From positions 1,188 through 65,187 of the forward strand of contig CAZIPM010000004.1 in assembly GCA_964541395.1 (NCBI GenBank): a DNA stretch of 64,000 nt, written 5' to 3'. The stretch comes from an uncultured Gammaproteobacteria bacterium. GTDB taxonomy: Bacteria > Patescibacteriota > Microgenomatia > UBA8517. A program made the position numbers and the translations under genes. Positions 1 through 9,064 of the stretch are shown piece after piece; position 1 is the stretch's first letter, and each line of letters begins with the position of its first letter. The notes under the pieces are model-generated. The model did no database searches. It had not been told where the DNA came from and saw nothing but the letters and a program-made list of their open reading frames with translations.

Positions 1-218
1 CTACCAAATTGGGGGATAGAAACAGCAATACGCTTGCCGTTAATATCAGTTCTGGCAATTCCACTAAATAGACTACCAAGCCTTTTCCCTTTAATCTCGG
101 GAAAATTATTCTCAAATAGTTCGAAGGTAATTTCTTTGTCCTTGTTGGTCAAAAAGACAAGGATTCCCTGAAGAATTTCGTTTGACTTTTGTCTTAAAGT
201 GACTTTCAGTCGTTCCAT
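1..218 (-). CDS. hypothetical protein, runs off the window start (not in ORF track)
   Basis: ATG at 218 opens MERLKVTLRQKSNEILQG... with no stop before position 1; TTGACA and TGaTATAGT promoter just upstream. Confidence 0.6.
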   Translation of the reverse strand, partial: MERLKVTLRQKSNEILQGILVFLTNKDKEITFELFENNFPEIKGKRLGSLFSGIARTDINGKRIAVSIPQFG

Positions 219-515
219 AACAAGATGACTATATCACATCTTTTACGTGCTTGTCAAGTACCACTACTAGAGATAGTACGACTAGAACGAGTTCAAGTTA
301 TAGATACGGAATAATATTGAGGGTACTCAGGGGAGATTAATAGCTTCCAAGCTAAAAGTATATAAATCGGGTACCCTGTCATAATATAAAGAGGATTTAC
401 AATACAAATCCTTTATAACTTATAAAGGTATTACAATGTAGATAGTCGTGGCTAGAGTGTCGCCTTCAAGGGAGTAGAAGATACTAAAAGAGTACTCTAA
501 TTTCAGAATCTGAAG

Positions 516-779
516 TTATAAATCAGTAAGGTCACTTATTGAAACTTTAAGCGCCTTTGAAATCTTCCACATCACATACGCCGTCGGGTGGTATTTACCA
601 AGTTCTAGATGACCAACATAAGTAAGATGCAAACCTGCCTTTTCGGCAAGCTCCTGTTGCGTCATCTTTTTGCGCTTGCGGGCTTCTCGAAGCCTCTCGC
701 TCAATCTTTTCGTGTACTCCCTTCTTAACTTCCTATTTTCATTGGCCTCAAGGGGTGTTTTGAAAATCAACGATTTCAT
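516..779 (-). CDS. XRE-family helix-turn-helix transcriptional regulator
   Basis: RLREARKRKKMTQQELAEKAGLHLTYVGHLELG HTH_3 pattern. Confidence 0.9.
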   Translation of the reverse strand: MKSLIFKTPLEANENRKLRREYTKRLSERLREARKRKKMTQQELAEKAGLHLTYVGHLELGKYHPTAYVMWKISKALKVSISDLTDL

Positions 780-837
780 ACCATTGATTTTCCAGCGTAC
801 TCATAGTATTTTATATAGCGTAGTCATCTAATCAATT

Positions 838-1041
838 ATGAAATTAAAATTTATTTTGGTTATCCTAATAGGCCTATTATCTACTAGTATCGGATACTAC
901 ATTTTCGTCTATCGGCCTCAGGAGATTAAGTTAAGATGTATGCAGTTAGCTAGGTTTGAATTTGACGGTGGGGTTGCTAAGGGACATCCAGCAGTTGATA
1001 GTACTGTGTACCAAAATTGTGTAAAGGAGTTTGGTCAATAA
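838..1041 (+). CDS. small membrane-anchored hypothetical protein
   Basis: N-terminal hydrophobic helix, two Cys. Confidence 0.55.
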   Translation: MKLKFILVILIGLLSTSIGYYIFVYRPQEIKLRCMQLARFEFDGGVAKGHPAVDSTVYQNCVKEFGQ

Positions 1042-1361
1042 TGGGTCGCATAACTAACAAATTATCCTTTTACTTACTTTGTGGCTGGGCAATTGCTGCA
1101 AGTATATTGGTAGCTCTTTTATGGAAGAATAATCAGAAACTGGAAAAGGTTAACTCTTTATTATTTGATACAGTGATTGAAAGCAATAATCTAGCAAATA
1201 ATGCTAGTGAAGCGTACAAGGTGTTTGGTGGATGCATGACAAATCAAACTATTTGTAATCTCAAAGAGACTGGCGAAAAACTTCGTGGGTTAAATGATGA
1301 GAAGGAAGCCATCAATCAGAGAATCTTAGAAATCCAATTAAAACTTCAAGAGTTGAAGTAA
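1017..1361 (+). CDS. membrane-anchored coiled-coil hypothetical protein (likely start 1041)
   Basis: TM helix then heptad-rich C-terminus; ATG at 1041 overlaps the upstream stop. Confidence 0.55.
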   Translation: MCKGVWSIMGRITNKLSFYLLCGWAIAASILVALLWKNNQKLEKVNSLLFDTVIESNNLANNASEAYKVFGGCMTNQTICNLKETGEKLRGLNDEKEAINQRILEIQLKLQELK

Positions 1362-1409
1362 ATTCTTCAAGAACAAGTTCGAATTTTAAGATATAATTAT
1401 GATGCTTTT

Positions 1410-2153
1410 ATGGAACTTTCGAATAAAATCGCACTAGTTACTGGCGCAAGTACAGGTATTGGTAGAGCAATAGCAATTGAACTGGCGAAAAAGGGCGCTT
1501 TTACAATATTGGTGGCAAGAACAAAAGGTAGATTAGAAGCTACTAGAGATTTAATTGTAAAAGCGGGCGGTAAATCAGAAATTATAGTTGCGGATTTAAG
1601 TAGTCTTGATTCTATCAATCAACTAATCTCAAACGTAAAGAGTAAGTTTAAGAACATTGATGTCTTGGTTAATGTAGCTGGCATTTGGCATGGAGAGAAC
1701 GAAGTATACGCAGGAAAAGATTTCGACAACTTCTCTCAAAGGGTAATTCTTGATACATACATGGTAGGTACAATAAGTCCCACCCTACTTACTCATGCTT
1801 TTGTACCTTTAATGCCAAGAGGGGCAAGGATAATTAACATTTCAGGGACATTTGAGAGTGGAGCTAAGGGATGGTTACCATATTATGTTTCAAAGAGAGC
1901 AATTGAAGATTTAACAATTGGTTTAGCAGAAGAACTAAAAGACAGGGGAATTTTAGTTAATGCAATCTCTCCCTCTGATACAGCAACCGAAGCATATAAG
2001 AAATATTTTCCTCGATATATTTCTGATGCAATCGAACCAGAAGAAATCGCCAAATTCGCTGTCCATATATGTTCAGGCAAGGCAAACGATATTTCAGGTA
2101 AAGTGTTCGTGTTAAAGAAAGGAAAAGAACCTTACGAGGGTTATCACACGTAA
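1410..2153 (+). CDS. SDR-family oxidoreductase
   Basis: TGASTGIG Rossmann motif, YYVSK catalytic YxxxK. Confidence 0.93.
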   Translation: MELSNKIALVTGASTGIGRAIAIELAKKGAFTILVARTKGRLEATRDLIVKAGGKSEIIVADLSSLDSINQLISNVKSKFKNIDVLVNVAGIWHGENEVYAGKDFDNFSQRVILDTYMVGTISPTLLTHAFVPLMPRGARIINISGTFESGAKGWLPYYVSKRAIEDLTIGLAEELKDRGILVNAISPSDTATEAYKKYFPRYISDAIEPEEIAKFAVHICSGKANDISGKVFVLKKGKEPYEGYHT

Positions 2154-2155
2154 AT

Positions 2156-2707
2156 ATGGTAATGCATTACCCACCACAATACAGATATTCTCTTTTTGAA
2201 CAATGGGATAAAGACGCTTTCGCCTTAATACAAGAAATTGCGAGAACAAAAGATTATCCGAAGATATTAGGCTCTAAAGAGGAAAAGAGTAAATTCTTAG
2301 TAACTCTTATTAGAACCCAGAAATCTCTACACGGCTGGAGGCAATTTTTAATTGATATCTTGGCACAAATAAAAGGTAATAACACCATTGATACAAAAAT
2401 ACTGTTAAGCAAATATCCCCCAGACAGTGTGGATAAGCAAAAGCCAGCATGGGTAACTTATGAAGAAGATGAAATTGTAAATAATTTCATTAACGAATTA
2501 GCAAGTCGAAAAGTCGAATTTATAGGAACGGATAAAGAGATTGCGGAATTTATACTAAGATTTATTCTTGGTCAACTTGGTCATGACTGGGAACAGACTA
2601 TTATGATGGTTTGGGAAGTGCTTGGTGACGAGAATCAGCTTTCAGTAAGTAACCTTAATAAAGAGATGAAAAATTTTGACTACCTGAGACTATTTGGGGG
2701 AATGTAA
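2156..2707 (+). CDS. hypothetical protein
   Basis: 183-aa ORF 2 nt after the SDR stop. Confidence 0.7.
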   Translation: MVMHYPPQYRYSLFEQWDKDAFALIQEIARTKDYPKILGSKEEKSKFLVTLIRTQKSLHGWRQFLIDILAQIKGNNTIDTKILLSKYPPDSVDKQKPAWVTYEEDEIVNNFINELASRKVEFIGTDKEIAEFILRFILGQLGHDWEQTIMMVWEVLGDENQLSVSNLNKEMKNFDYLRLFGGM

Positions 2708-2714
2708 TTAAACT

Positions 2715-3275
2715 ATGAAACGAGTATTTATTATTCATGGCTGGGGTGGTAATCCAAATAAAGATTGGATTCCCTGGGTTGAGTCACAACTCGAGACTAA
2801 AGGGTTCGAGGTTCTGGCTCCCACAATGCCTGACACAGATAATCCACAAATCAAACCTTGGGTTAATAAATTGAGTGAAGTTATTAAGGAACCACAGAAG
2901 CAGGATGTGTTAATAGGCCATAGTATCGGATGTCAAACCATTTTAAGATTTCTAGCAGCGTTGCCAGAGAACCAGAGTGTTAGTAAAGTCATTCTAGTTG
3001 CTCCATGGTTCAAATTGACAAATCTTGAGAATGACGAAGCGTGGAAAATCGCTGACCCTTGGATAAAATCCCCAATAATATTTTCGAAAGTAAAATCAAA
3101 GGCAGATTCTTTCATAGCAGTATTTTCAGATAATGACCAATGGGTACCATTGAAGGAAAATAAAGAGTTGTTCGAAAAGAACCTACGTCCAAGAATAATA
3201 GTGCTACATAACAAAGGCCATTTTACCGAAGAAGAAGGAGTAAAAGAATTGCCTGAAATTTTAAGACTATTATGA
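2715..3275 (+). CDS. RBBP9/YdeN-family alpha/beta hydrolase
   Basis: IIHGWGG, GHSIG nucleophile elbow, SDND, GHF. Confidence 0.9.
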   Translation: MKRVFIIHGWGGNPNKDWIPWVESQLETKGFEVLAPTMPDTDNPQIKPWVNKLSEVIKEPQKQDVLIGHSIGCQTILRFLAALPENQSVSKVILVAPWFKLTNLENDEAWKIADPWIKSPIIFSKVKSKADSFIAVFSDNDQWVPLKENKELFEKNLRPRIIVLHNKGHFTEEEGVKELPEILRLL

Positions 3276-3721
3276 ACCAACTGCAACTAGCTGAAATTGC
3301 AAAGGGAATAATTAAGAGTAATGTTTACCTTACTCTCGGCACTGCCGATAAAGACCCTTGGGTTGCACCAGTATTTTATGCAGTTGATGACAACTATAAC
3401 TTTTACTACATCTCACAGATGGATTCGCTTCACACTCAACATATTTTGGAAAATCCAAATGTTGCTTTTGCGATTTTCGACTCACACCAAAAGGAGGGTA
3501 CAGGGAATGGCATTCAAGGAAAAGGTAAGGTGCATTTATTAAAAGATGATGAGCTTACAGAAGCCTTTAAGTGGTATCACACTACATTCGTTGAAATGAA
3601 ACCTGAATCTTTCACTGGCTCTGCTCCGTATAGATTCTTCAAAATTATTCCACAGAAGTTTTATGTACTTGACCCAGACGCAAAAGTTGATAAAAGAGTC
3701 GAGGTAAATGTTAATGTATGA
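3272..3721 (+). CDS. pyridoxamine 5'-phosphate oxidase-like FMN-binding protein
   Basis: LTLGT..PWVAPVFYA..S.H..I..NPNVAFAI split-barrel pattern. Confidence 0.85.
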   Translation: MNQLQLAEIAKGIIKSNVYLTLGTADKDPWVAPVFYAVDDNYNFYYISQMDSLHTQHILENPNVAFAIFDSHQKEGTGNGIQGKGKVHLLKDDELTEAFKWYHTTFVEMKPESFTGSAPYRFFKIIPQKFYVLDPDAKVDKRVEVNVNV

Positions 3722-4371
3722 AAATTAACAAAGACGAATTAAAATTTGCAAATGCTTTTATTCAAGAACATTTTGAGAGAATAATTGATTGGGCTGTGGG
3801 TGATATTAAGAGGTGTTGCAGAATGAAAGAAGATGGCACTTGTGATGATAATGGCGCATTGGTAGGTGCATTTATCCTTTGGTGCTGTGCAATTGACTAT
3901 TTTGGAGGGTTATTTACGAGTTATACATCTCAGGGTGCTACCAAAGCCAGATTTAGGTCTTTTATTAAGGCATACATGACCAAATATGACCCCGATAAAG
4001 TTATTGAGCTCAGATGGTCACTTCTTCACTTTTACTCACCACACTATTTTCTTCTTTATCACGAAAGAAATCTTGAACAAAATAAAAGCCTTCACTTAAC
4101 TGCGTCTCAAAAGGGGACTTATCTCCATTTAGGTTGGGCTGTTAAAGATTTAGAAGATGCTGTTAAAAGATATTGGGACGATTTGAAGACAAATGACACT
4201 CTGAAAATTAAAGCATGGCGTTATTACAAAGAGCATTATCCAATAATGCCAATTCGTATAGAAGATTTTGTTGAACAAAAGACTTTTAACTCGCTTCCTA
4301 CAGGTGCGCAAATACAATCCATAAATGTATCGGGGACTATCAGTCAGGATTCATGGTTGAAACCCAAGTAA
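3718..4371 (+). CDS. hypothetical protein with HEPN-like Rx4H motif
   Basis: Helical-looking protein; AIDYFGG...FRSFI...LRWSLLH. Confidence 0.6.
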   Translation: MKINKDELKFANAFIQEHFERIIDWAVGDIKRCCRMKEDGTCDDNGALVGAFILWCCAIDYFGGLFTSYTSQGATKARFRSFIKAYMTKYDPDKVIELRWSLLHFYSPHYFLLYHERNLEQNKSLHLTASQKGTYLHLGWAVKDLEDAVKRYWDDLKTNDTLKIKAWRYYKEHYPIMPIRIEDFVEQKTFNSLPTGAQIQSINVSGTISQDSWLKPK

Positions 4372-4486
4372 CACTTCCAGTACTTCAACTTCAATTCCTA
4401 ATTCTATATCGCAGATTTAAGACAGACTTAATTAGTATTTTGGATGGGTTGCAAGGGGTGTGGTGGTGGTCATTACAGGCAAAAGC

Positions 4487-4552
4487 TCAGCTTGCTGTGA
4501 GGTATAGTTGATTCATATGGTATGTTCGAACACGCTCCATCAGGTGGAGCAA
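4487..4552 (-). repeat. att-like site 1 (GGAGCA core 4546-4551) with orphan peptide tail LLHLMERVRTYHMNQLYLTAS*
   Basis: Same core and reading register as sites at 5344, 5843, 6167; GTTC lies the same distance from the core as in site 4. Confidence 0.55.
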
Positions 4553-4567
4553 TGTTTTTGTTTGAAT

Positions 4568-5239
4568 CTAGGATAAAACACTATTTTCTCTCTCTTTAAT
4601 ATCTTTGATTGTTTGAGCTACTCTATATCGAAGTAATCGTATGGGAGTAGGATACTTTTCAACAAGCTTTTTGGATGCATCCTCAATAATATATTTTCTA
4701 AATTTTTCACCAATAATTTTATTTGGAAATAAACATGAATAATAAACCTGATTAAATATACTTTCTGCAATAACAGGCGAAATTGAAGGACTACCCAAAC
4801 TATCACTGTATTGGTATATTCCCCATTCTTTTAGTCGTTCAAAAAGTGGAGCGCTTCGCTTGTTGGCCAAAACCTTATGCAATATTGGTTTGCCACATAG
4901 CTCTGAAGCACGATTGATTATCGCAGCCATTGTAAAAGCTGTAGATACTCCTTGTAAAGGGTCTTTATTTACTGGTGATCCAGTAGACTCTATATAAGAA
5001 ACAATAGTAGCAAACTCACTTTTAAGATCATATTCATATCTTTCGTACCATAGTTTTACAACCCCGTTGTATTGGCGGTTTGGTAATATTAACAAAATTC
5101 CCATACGGTCCGTAATATCTCCAATCTTAGATGGTCTAAGAGCAGGGACTCTATCTAGCAACCTTTGCTGAGAATTAGCGTTTTTATCAAACTGAGCTGA
5201 TCCACCCTCTGACATTATAAAGATATTATCACAATACAC
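4568..5239 (-). CDS. hypothetical protein between att-like sites 1 and 2
   Basis: 223-aa ORF, no recognised motif. Confidence 0.65.
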   Translation of the reverse strand: MYCDNIFIMSEGGSAQFDKNANSQQRLLDRVPALRPSKIGDITDRMGILLILPNRQYNGVVKLWYERYEYDLKSEFATIVSYIESTGSPVNKDPLQGVSTAFTMAAIINRASELCGKPILHKVLANKRSAPLFERLKEWGIYQYSDSLGSPSISPVIAESIFNQVYYSCLFPNKIIGEKFRKYIIEDASKKLVEKYPTPIRLLRYRVAQTIKDIKERENSVLS

Positions 5240-5245
5240 TGATTA

Positions 5246-5344
5246 CTAGCCGTATTTAAAACTTTCAAATACTGTTTGAATATTTTGAAAAGTAAACTTA
5301 AATTCAATTTCTCTATTTAAGAATGCGTTTATTAGAGGGAGTAA
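5246..5344 (-). repeat. att-like site 2 (GGAGTA core 5338-5343) with tail LLPLINAFLNREIEFKFTFQNIQTVFESFKYG*
   Basis: 5305-5344 matches 5804-5843 at 29/40 nt without gaps. Confidence 0.65.
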
Positions 5345-5360
5345 GTTTTTTAAACTGATA

Positions 5361-5699
5361 TTATTTTAGAGCTTCTTCGAGCTTTAAAGATAGACTGTAA
5401 AGTTCTTTTACCCAATCAGATTTTGGTAGTTCTTGTACCGCCTTTTTTGCAAATGCCAATATTTCGGGAAGCGAAGCCTCACCATAAACTGGCCAACAGT
5501 CATTTACACTTGAAACTGTTTCTATATACCTTTTGCCACTTTGACTTGCTCCGTATGCTATTCTACGTATTGTCATGTATCTGTCATTGTTAACTGAAGT
5601 GTCGTCTGGAAGATCCATCCAAATTCCTGAGCCATTTTCCATTAAGTTAACATTTCCCATGACTTTTAGCATGTCATCGACTTCACATACAAATTCCAT
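5361..5699 (-). CDS. hypothetical protein between att-like sites 2 and 3
   Basis: 112-aa ORF with its own TTGACA...TATAAT promoter just upstream. Confidence 0.65.
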   Translation of the reverse strand: MEFVCEVDDMLKVMGNVNLMENGSGIWMDLPDDTSVNNDRYMTIRRIAYGASQSGKRYIETVSSVNDCWPVYGEASLPEILAFAKKAVQELPKSDWVKELYSLSLKLEEALK

Positions 5700-5803
5700 G
5701 TTGGGGCATTATAACATTATAAGATAGTTTGTCAAAAATAACAGTCTCTAAAGTGTTATAGATTCTATGTGATTTATTTTCCAAATAAAAATGTAGTTAA
5801 AAA

Positions 5804-5843
5804 CAATTTCTCAGTTCTTAAATGCGTTTACCAAGGGGAGCAA
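5804..5843 (-). repeat. att-like site 3 (GGAGCA core 5837-5842) with decayed tail LLPLVNAFKN*EIVF
   Basis: Direct repeat of site 2; TGA where site 2 has AGA. Confidence 0.65.
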
Positions 5844-5889
5844 TTACCCATAGTTTGAATTATTCGACTAAATATAGTAAAATTCATCT

Positions 5890-6135
5890 ATGACAGAGGA
5901 TAGATTTTCTATTAGAGACTTAAGTGAAGATGGTTCAAAACCTGTTCGGTCGGATCAAGATCTGAGGTCAATTTTGACTCGTGGTCAAGAAAGAATGATA
6001 AAATCTCTTTTAGCAACTGCAATTGAACGTCCTTTGGATCAAGATGAAATAGATCAACTAAAGATGTTGTATAGAGTTAAAGAACCAACCCAAGAATTTT
6101 CTAAAATTGTTCTATCTCAGGGTAGAGAAGAATAA
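5890..6135 (+). CDS. hypothetical protein between att-like sites 3 and 4
   Basis: 81-aa ORF, TAAAAT -10 a few nt before ATG. Confidence 0.55.
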   Translation: MTEDRFSIRDLSEDGSKPVRSDQDLRSILTRGQERMIKSLLATAIERPLDQDEIDQLKMLYRVKEPTQEFSKIVLSQGREE

Positions 6136-6167
6136 TAAGTTCTTACCTCATCTAATATGCGGAGCAT
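6117..6167 (-). repeat. att-like site 4 (GGAGCA core 6161-6166) with tail MLRILDEVRTYYSSLP*
   Basis: Peptide aligns with site 1 (xLxxxxxVRTY). Confidence 0.55.
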
Positions 6168-6258
6168 ATAACCTGTAATAGTTATCTAACGGTTTCTTAG
6201 AAAAATTAATAGATCCATGTTGTAAAAAACTTAATTTTAATAGATCATTACTATGTAA

Positions 6259-7605
6259 ATGTATAAATTAGAAACTGCACTTTTTTTGTTAACCATAGTG
6301 GCTTTATTGTTACCGACTTCCATAAGTGCAGCCACTTTAAGAGTATCTCAAACCCATTCGACAATTGCCGCAGCTTATGCAGCCGCAGTTAACGGTGATG
6401 AAATTATTGTTTCCCCTGGGACATATTCAATTTGTCTTACAAATTCAAATAAAAAGATTTCAATAAAAGCGGAATTTCCCGCAACAACCTCCGCACCCTC
6501 CCAGTATTCCATTCTAAACAGTGCCTGTAGTCACGTTGTTTTATTTACTACACCACTTGATAACGATGGTAATTTTCAGCCAGGTGATCATTTTGAATTT
6601 TCAGGTTTTGTTTTAAACGGTTCTGATGATGGGGTGAGCTACCAAGCGGGAAGTGGAATTGTGCAAAATAATCATATTACCGGTCAAACTGATGACCCAG
6701 TTGATGTTGATGCTGCATCTGAAGCGCGCGTTTTCGGAAATATTCTGGGACCCAGCAAAGGAGGGGGGGACGGTTTGGAAAACCGCCTTCATTCTTTTAG
6801 CAGTACGCGCGACTTAAATATGGTTATTAAGGATAATATCATCTACAGTAATCCCAAAGACGGCCTTCAATTTATAGGGATTGTTTCAACTTTAACCAGA
6901 AGAAAATATTTAATTGCCAATAATTTGATAATTAATAACGGGCAGGCCGGTATAGGTACAACTGCCAACGCAATTTCCGATCAAGCTCAATTTCCCAATG
7001 GTCATCCTTTGCCTGAGAAAATGTACATTTTGAACAATACAATTGTAGGTAACGGCATGGGTGGTATTTTGGGGGGCGCCAACATGCAGGTTCATAACAA
7101 CATATTTTACCAAAATAAAGGTCCGGCATTAAAAAACGTAGCAGGTCAATCAGTTGCTTCATATAATTTGTTTTTCGAAAATACAGGCGGTGATAATGTC
7201 GGAAGTAATAGCCAAAATCCCAACGTATTAGCCAACCCTAATTTTGTTAATACAGCTGTACCTCCAAATTTTTCAAGTTTTCAGCTGGGAGCCGGTAGTC
7301 CTGCGATAAATGCAGGTATGGATGTAACCTTGATGTACCAGGAATTCGGGGTTAATCCACCTGCCTATAGCGGTACACCCGATCTGGGTTGGAAGGAATC
7401 AGGTTCTGCACCTCCTCCAACACCTCCCCCAGGAGGAAAAGTGGGGGATATAAACGAGGACGGGAGAGTAGACATTGTAGATATAGGAATAGCAATTGAT
7501 AATTATGCATTATCACCAATTCCTAATCCCAAAGCTGACATAAATAATGACGGGAAGGTAGACATTGTGGACATAGGACTTCTTATAGATAACTACGGAA
7601 CATAA
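6259..7605 (+). CDS. secreted parallel beta-helix protein with Pro linker and C-terminal dockerin-like domain
   Basis: Signal peptide; TIAAA...GDEIIVSPGTY; Asn-rich repeats; LGAGSPAINAG; two DINxDGxVDIVDIG repeats. Confidence 0.85.
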   Translation: MYKLETALFLLTIVALLLPTSISAATLRVSQTHSTIAAAYAAAVNGDEIIVSPGTYSICLTNSNKKISIKAEFPATTSAPSQYSILNSACSHVVLFTTPLDNDGNFQPGDHFEFSGFVLNGSDDGVSYQAGSGIVQNNHITGQTDDPVDVDAASEARVFGNILGPSKGGGDGLENRLHSFSSTRDLNMVIKDNIIYSNPKDGLQFIGIVSTLTRRKYLIANNLIINNGQAGIGTTANAISDQAQFPNGHPLPEKMYILNNTIVGNGMGGILGGANMQVHNNIFYQNKGPALKNVAGQSVASYNLFFENTGGDNVGSNSQNPNVLANPNFVNTAVPPNFSSFQLGAGSPAINAGMDVTLMYQEFGVNPPAYSGTPDLGWKESGSAPPPTPPPGGKVGDINEDGRVDIVDIGIAIDNYALSPIPNPKADINNDGKVDIVDIGLLIDNYGT

Positions 7606-7607
7606 CC

Positions 7608-8114
7608 TTAATTATCACTTGCAGTAATTATTTTTTTTGTCACCCTTTTTACTTTAGGAGCTTTAGGTTTTATAGCCGATTTTGTCTTTTCAATCATAAC
7701 AGGAACTGCAACATCTTCAGCGACCGGTAAAGGTATATCACTTTCAATTTTTGGTGTTAATAAACTAATGATTTTATCCAATTTAGCGCTGATTGCTTCA
7801 AGTTGAGCGTTGTTAGATCCCACCTGTGAGGTATTAGGTCTTTCGAAGCGTGGTCTTTCTGTTCTTTCAAACCTGTCACTTCTTTCCAGTCTTTCGGAAT
7901 CTGCACTTCTTCCGCCTACTTTTTCAAAACAGTCACTGCAATAAACTGGTTTACCAGTTGTCGGTTTAAAAGGAACTTCACAATCTTTACCACAGTTGCT
8001 ACAGACTGCTTTAAACATAGTTCTTGGTCCACTGTCACTTCTATTAAAATCGCGCCTTGCAAAAGATCTACCGCCTCCTCGGTTGTCGTTATTGTCTCTT
8101 CTAAAATTTCCCAT
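7608..8114 (-). CDS. CxxC-x17-CxxC domain protein
   Basis: MFKAVCSNCGKDCEVPFKPTTGKPVYCSDCF. Confidence 0.9.
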   Translation of the reverse strand: MGNFRRDNNDNRGGGRSFARRDFNRSDSGPRTMFKAVCSNCGKDCEVPFKPTTGKPVYCSDCFEKVGGRSADSERLERSDRFERTERPRFERPNTSQVGSNNAQLEAISAKLDKIISLLTPKIESDIPLPVAEDVAVPVMIEKTKSAIKPKAPKVKRVTKKIITASDN

Positions 8115-8162
8115 AGTTTGTATCGTATCACCTTTGTGATCTATTTGTAATGATCAAAATAT

Positions 8163-8324
8163 TCAATGATATTTATAGACAATTATAATTCCTAAAATAG
8201 AACCTACACTACTAAAAAACAGTGAAGATATTGATAAAAAATCAGCTCCCCAAAGAGTGGGAACATAACCGCCTACAATCGATCCTATAAAAATTGACAG
8301 ATAGTACATAACTTTTTTAGACAT
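8163..8324 (-). CDS. 53-aa two-helix membrane protein (not in ORF track)
   Basis: MSKKVMYYLSIFIGSIVGGYVPTLWGADFLSISSLFFSSVGSILGIIIVYKYH*; co-oriented with neighbours. Confidence 0.75.
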   Translation of the reverse strand: MSKKVMYYLSIFIGSIVGGYVPTLWGADFLSISSLFFSSVGSILGIIIVYKYH

Positions 8325-8343
8325 GATAGATTATATTTTATTT

Positions 8344-9051
8344 TTAATATCTTTTTGTTGCAGTGCTTTTTCTATTAAGTTTACTTTGGTGGTTCGTATT
8401 AATTTTCAAATATGCCACTACAAACCAGATAACCAATATTGTAAACAACATCATCGGACTTTCCAGACCATTTCTAACAGTATTCGAGAATATCGACAAA
8501 ATAAAAGCAACTACTATTCCGTACGGAAACATAAATAAAGGGACATAAAAAATTTGCCTAAAGTTTTTTTTCCTTAAACCTGAATTAAAAAAATAAAAAG
8601 CCAAAAAATTAGGATGTAACATTGAAACAAACAATCCCTTGGATAATATTTTTTTCTCTTTTTCAACACCTTTTTTGTTTTGGTTTATTCTTGAAGAAAA
8701 ATATCTACCTAAGAAGTAATCAACAAATGCAGCCACAGTTAAAGTTATTGACACAATTAAGCTGATGATAACGAGAGAAACTAAAGATCTATCCGAGAAA
8801 AAAACTGTTAAAGCTATTATAAAAGCACCCGGGAAATAAAGACAAATATAAGCAGTTCCCTCCAAAAAAGTTGCCAAGATAAGACCAGCATATCCATATT
8901 GCTGATATAATTTCTCCAATATTTCAATAAATTCATTGGGGGGAGGTATTAAATTTGTATTCCATAAAAAAACCAATAGTAAATAGAATATCAATGCAGA
9001 GAGGGGAAGTAGCGGAATTTTCCTCATTTTAATCTTGGTAGCTGAATCCAT
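8344..9051 (-). CDS. DedA/VTT-like membrane protein
   Basis: YGY..L..FLEG...YFPG and DYFLGRY motifs. Confidence 0.75.
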   Translation of the reverse strand: MDSATKIKMRKIPLLPLSALIFYLLLVFLWNTNLIPPPNEFIEILEKLYQQYGYAGLILATFLEGTAYICLYFPGAFIIALTVFFSDRSLVSLVIISLIVSITLTVAAFVDYFLGRYFSSRINQNKKGVEKEKKILSKGLFVSMLHPNFLAFYFFNSGLRKKNFRQIFYVPLFMFPYGIVVAFILSIFSNTVRNGLESPMMLFTILVIWFVVAYLKINTNHQSKLNRKSTATKRY

Positions 9052-9064
9052 TATTTATTGACTG

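Noticed and set aside
470-477. GGGAGTA as a fifth att-like site
   Set aside because: The minus-strand register gives LLP then an immediate stop, with no similarity to the other tails; too weak to call
4520-4552. GTTCGAA...GGAGCA as a tRNA gene
   Set aside because: No cloverleaf, and the spacing from GTTC to the end is longer than in tRNA; treated as an att-like site
7440-7580. DNA direct repeat as CRISPR or DGR repeat
   Set aside because: It encodes the two dockerin-like repeats; no spacers and no reverse transcriptase in the window
8323-8548. Plus-strand ORFs 8323-8538 and 8363-8548
   Set aside because: Antisense shadows of the DedA-like gene; the same applies to most short ORFs inside recognised genes
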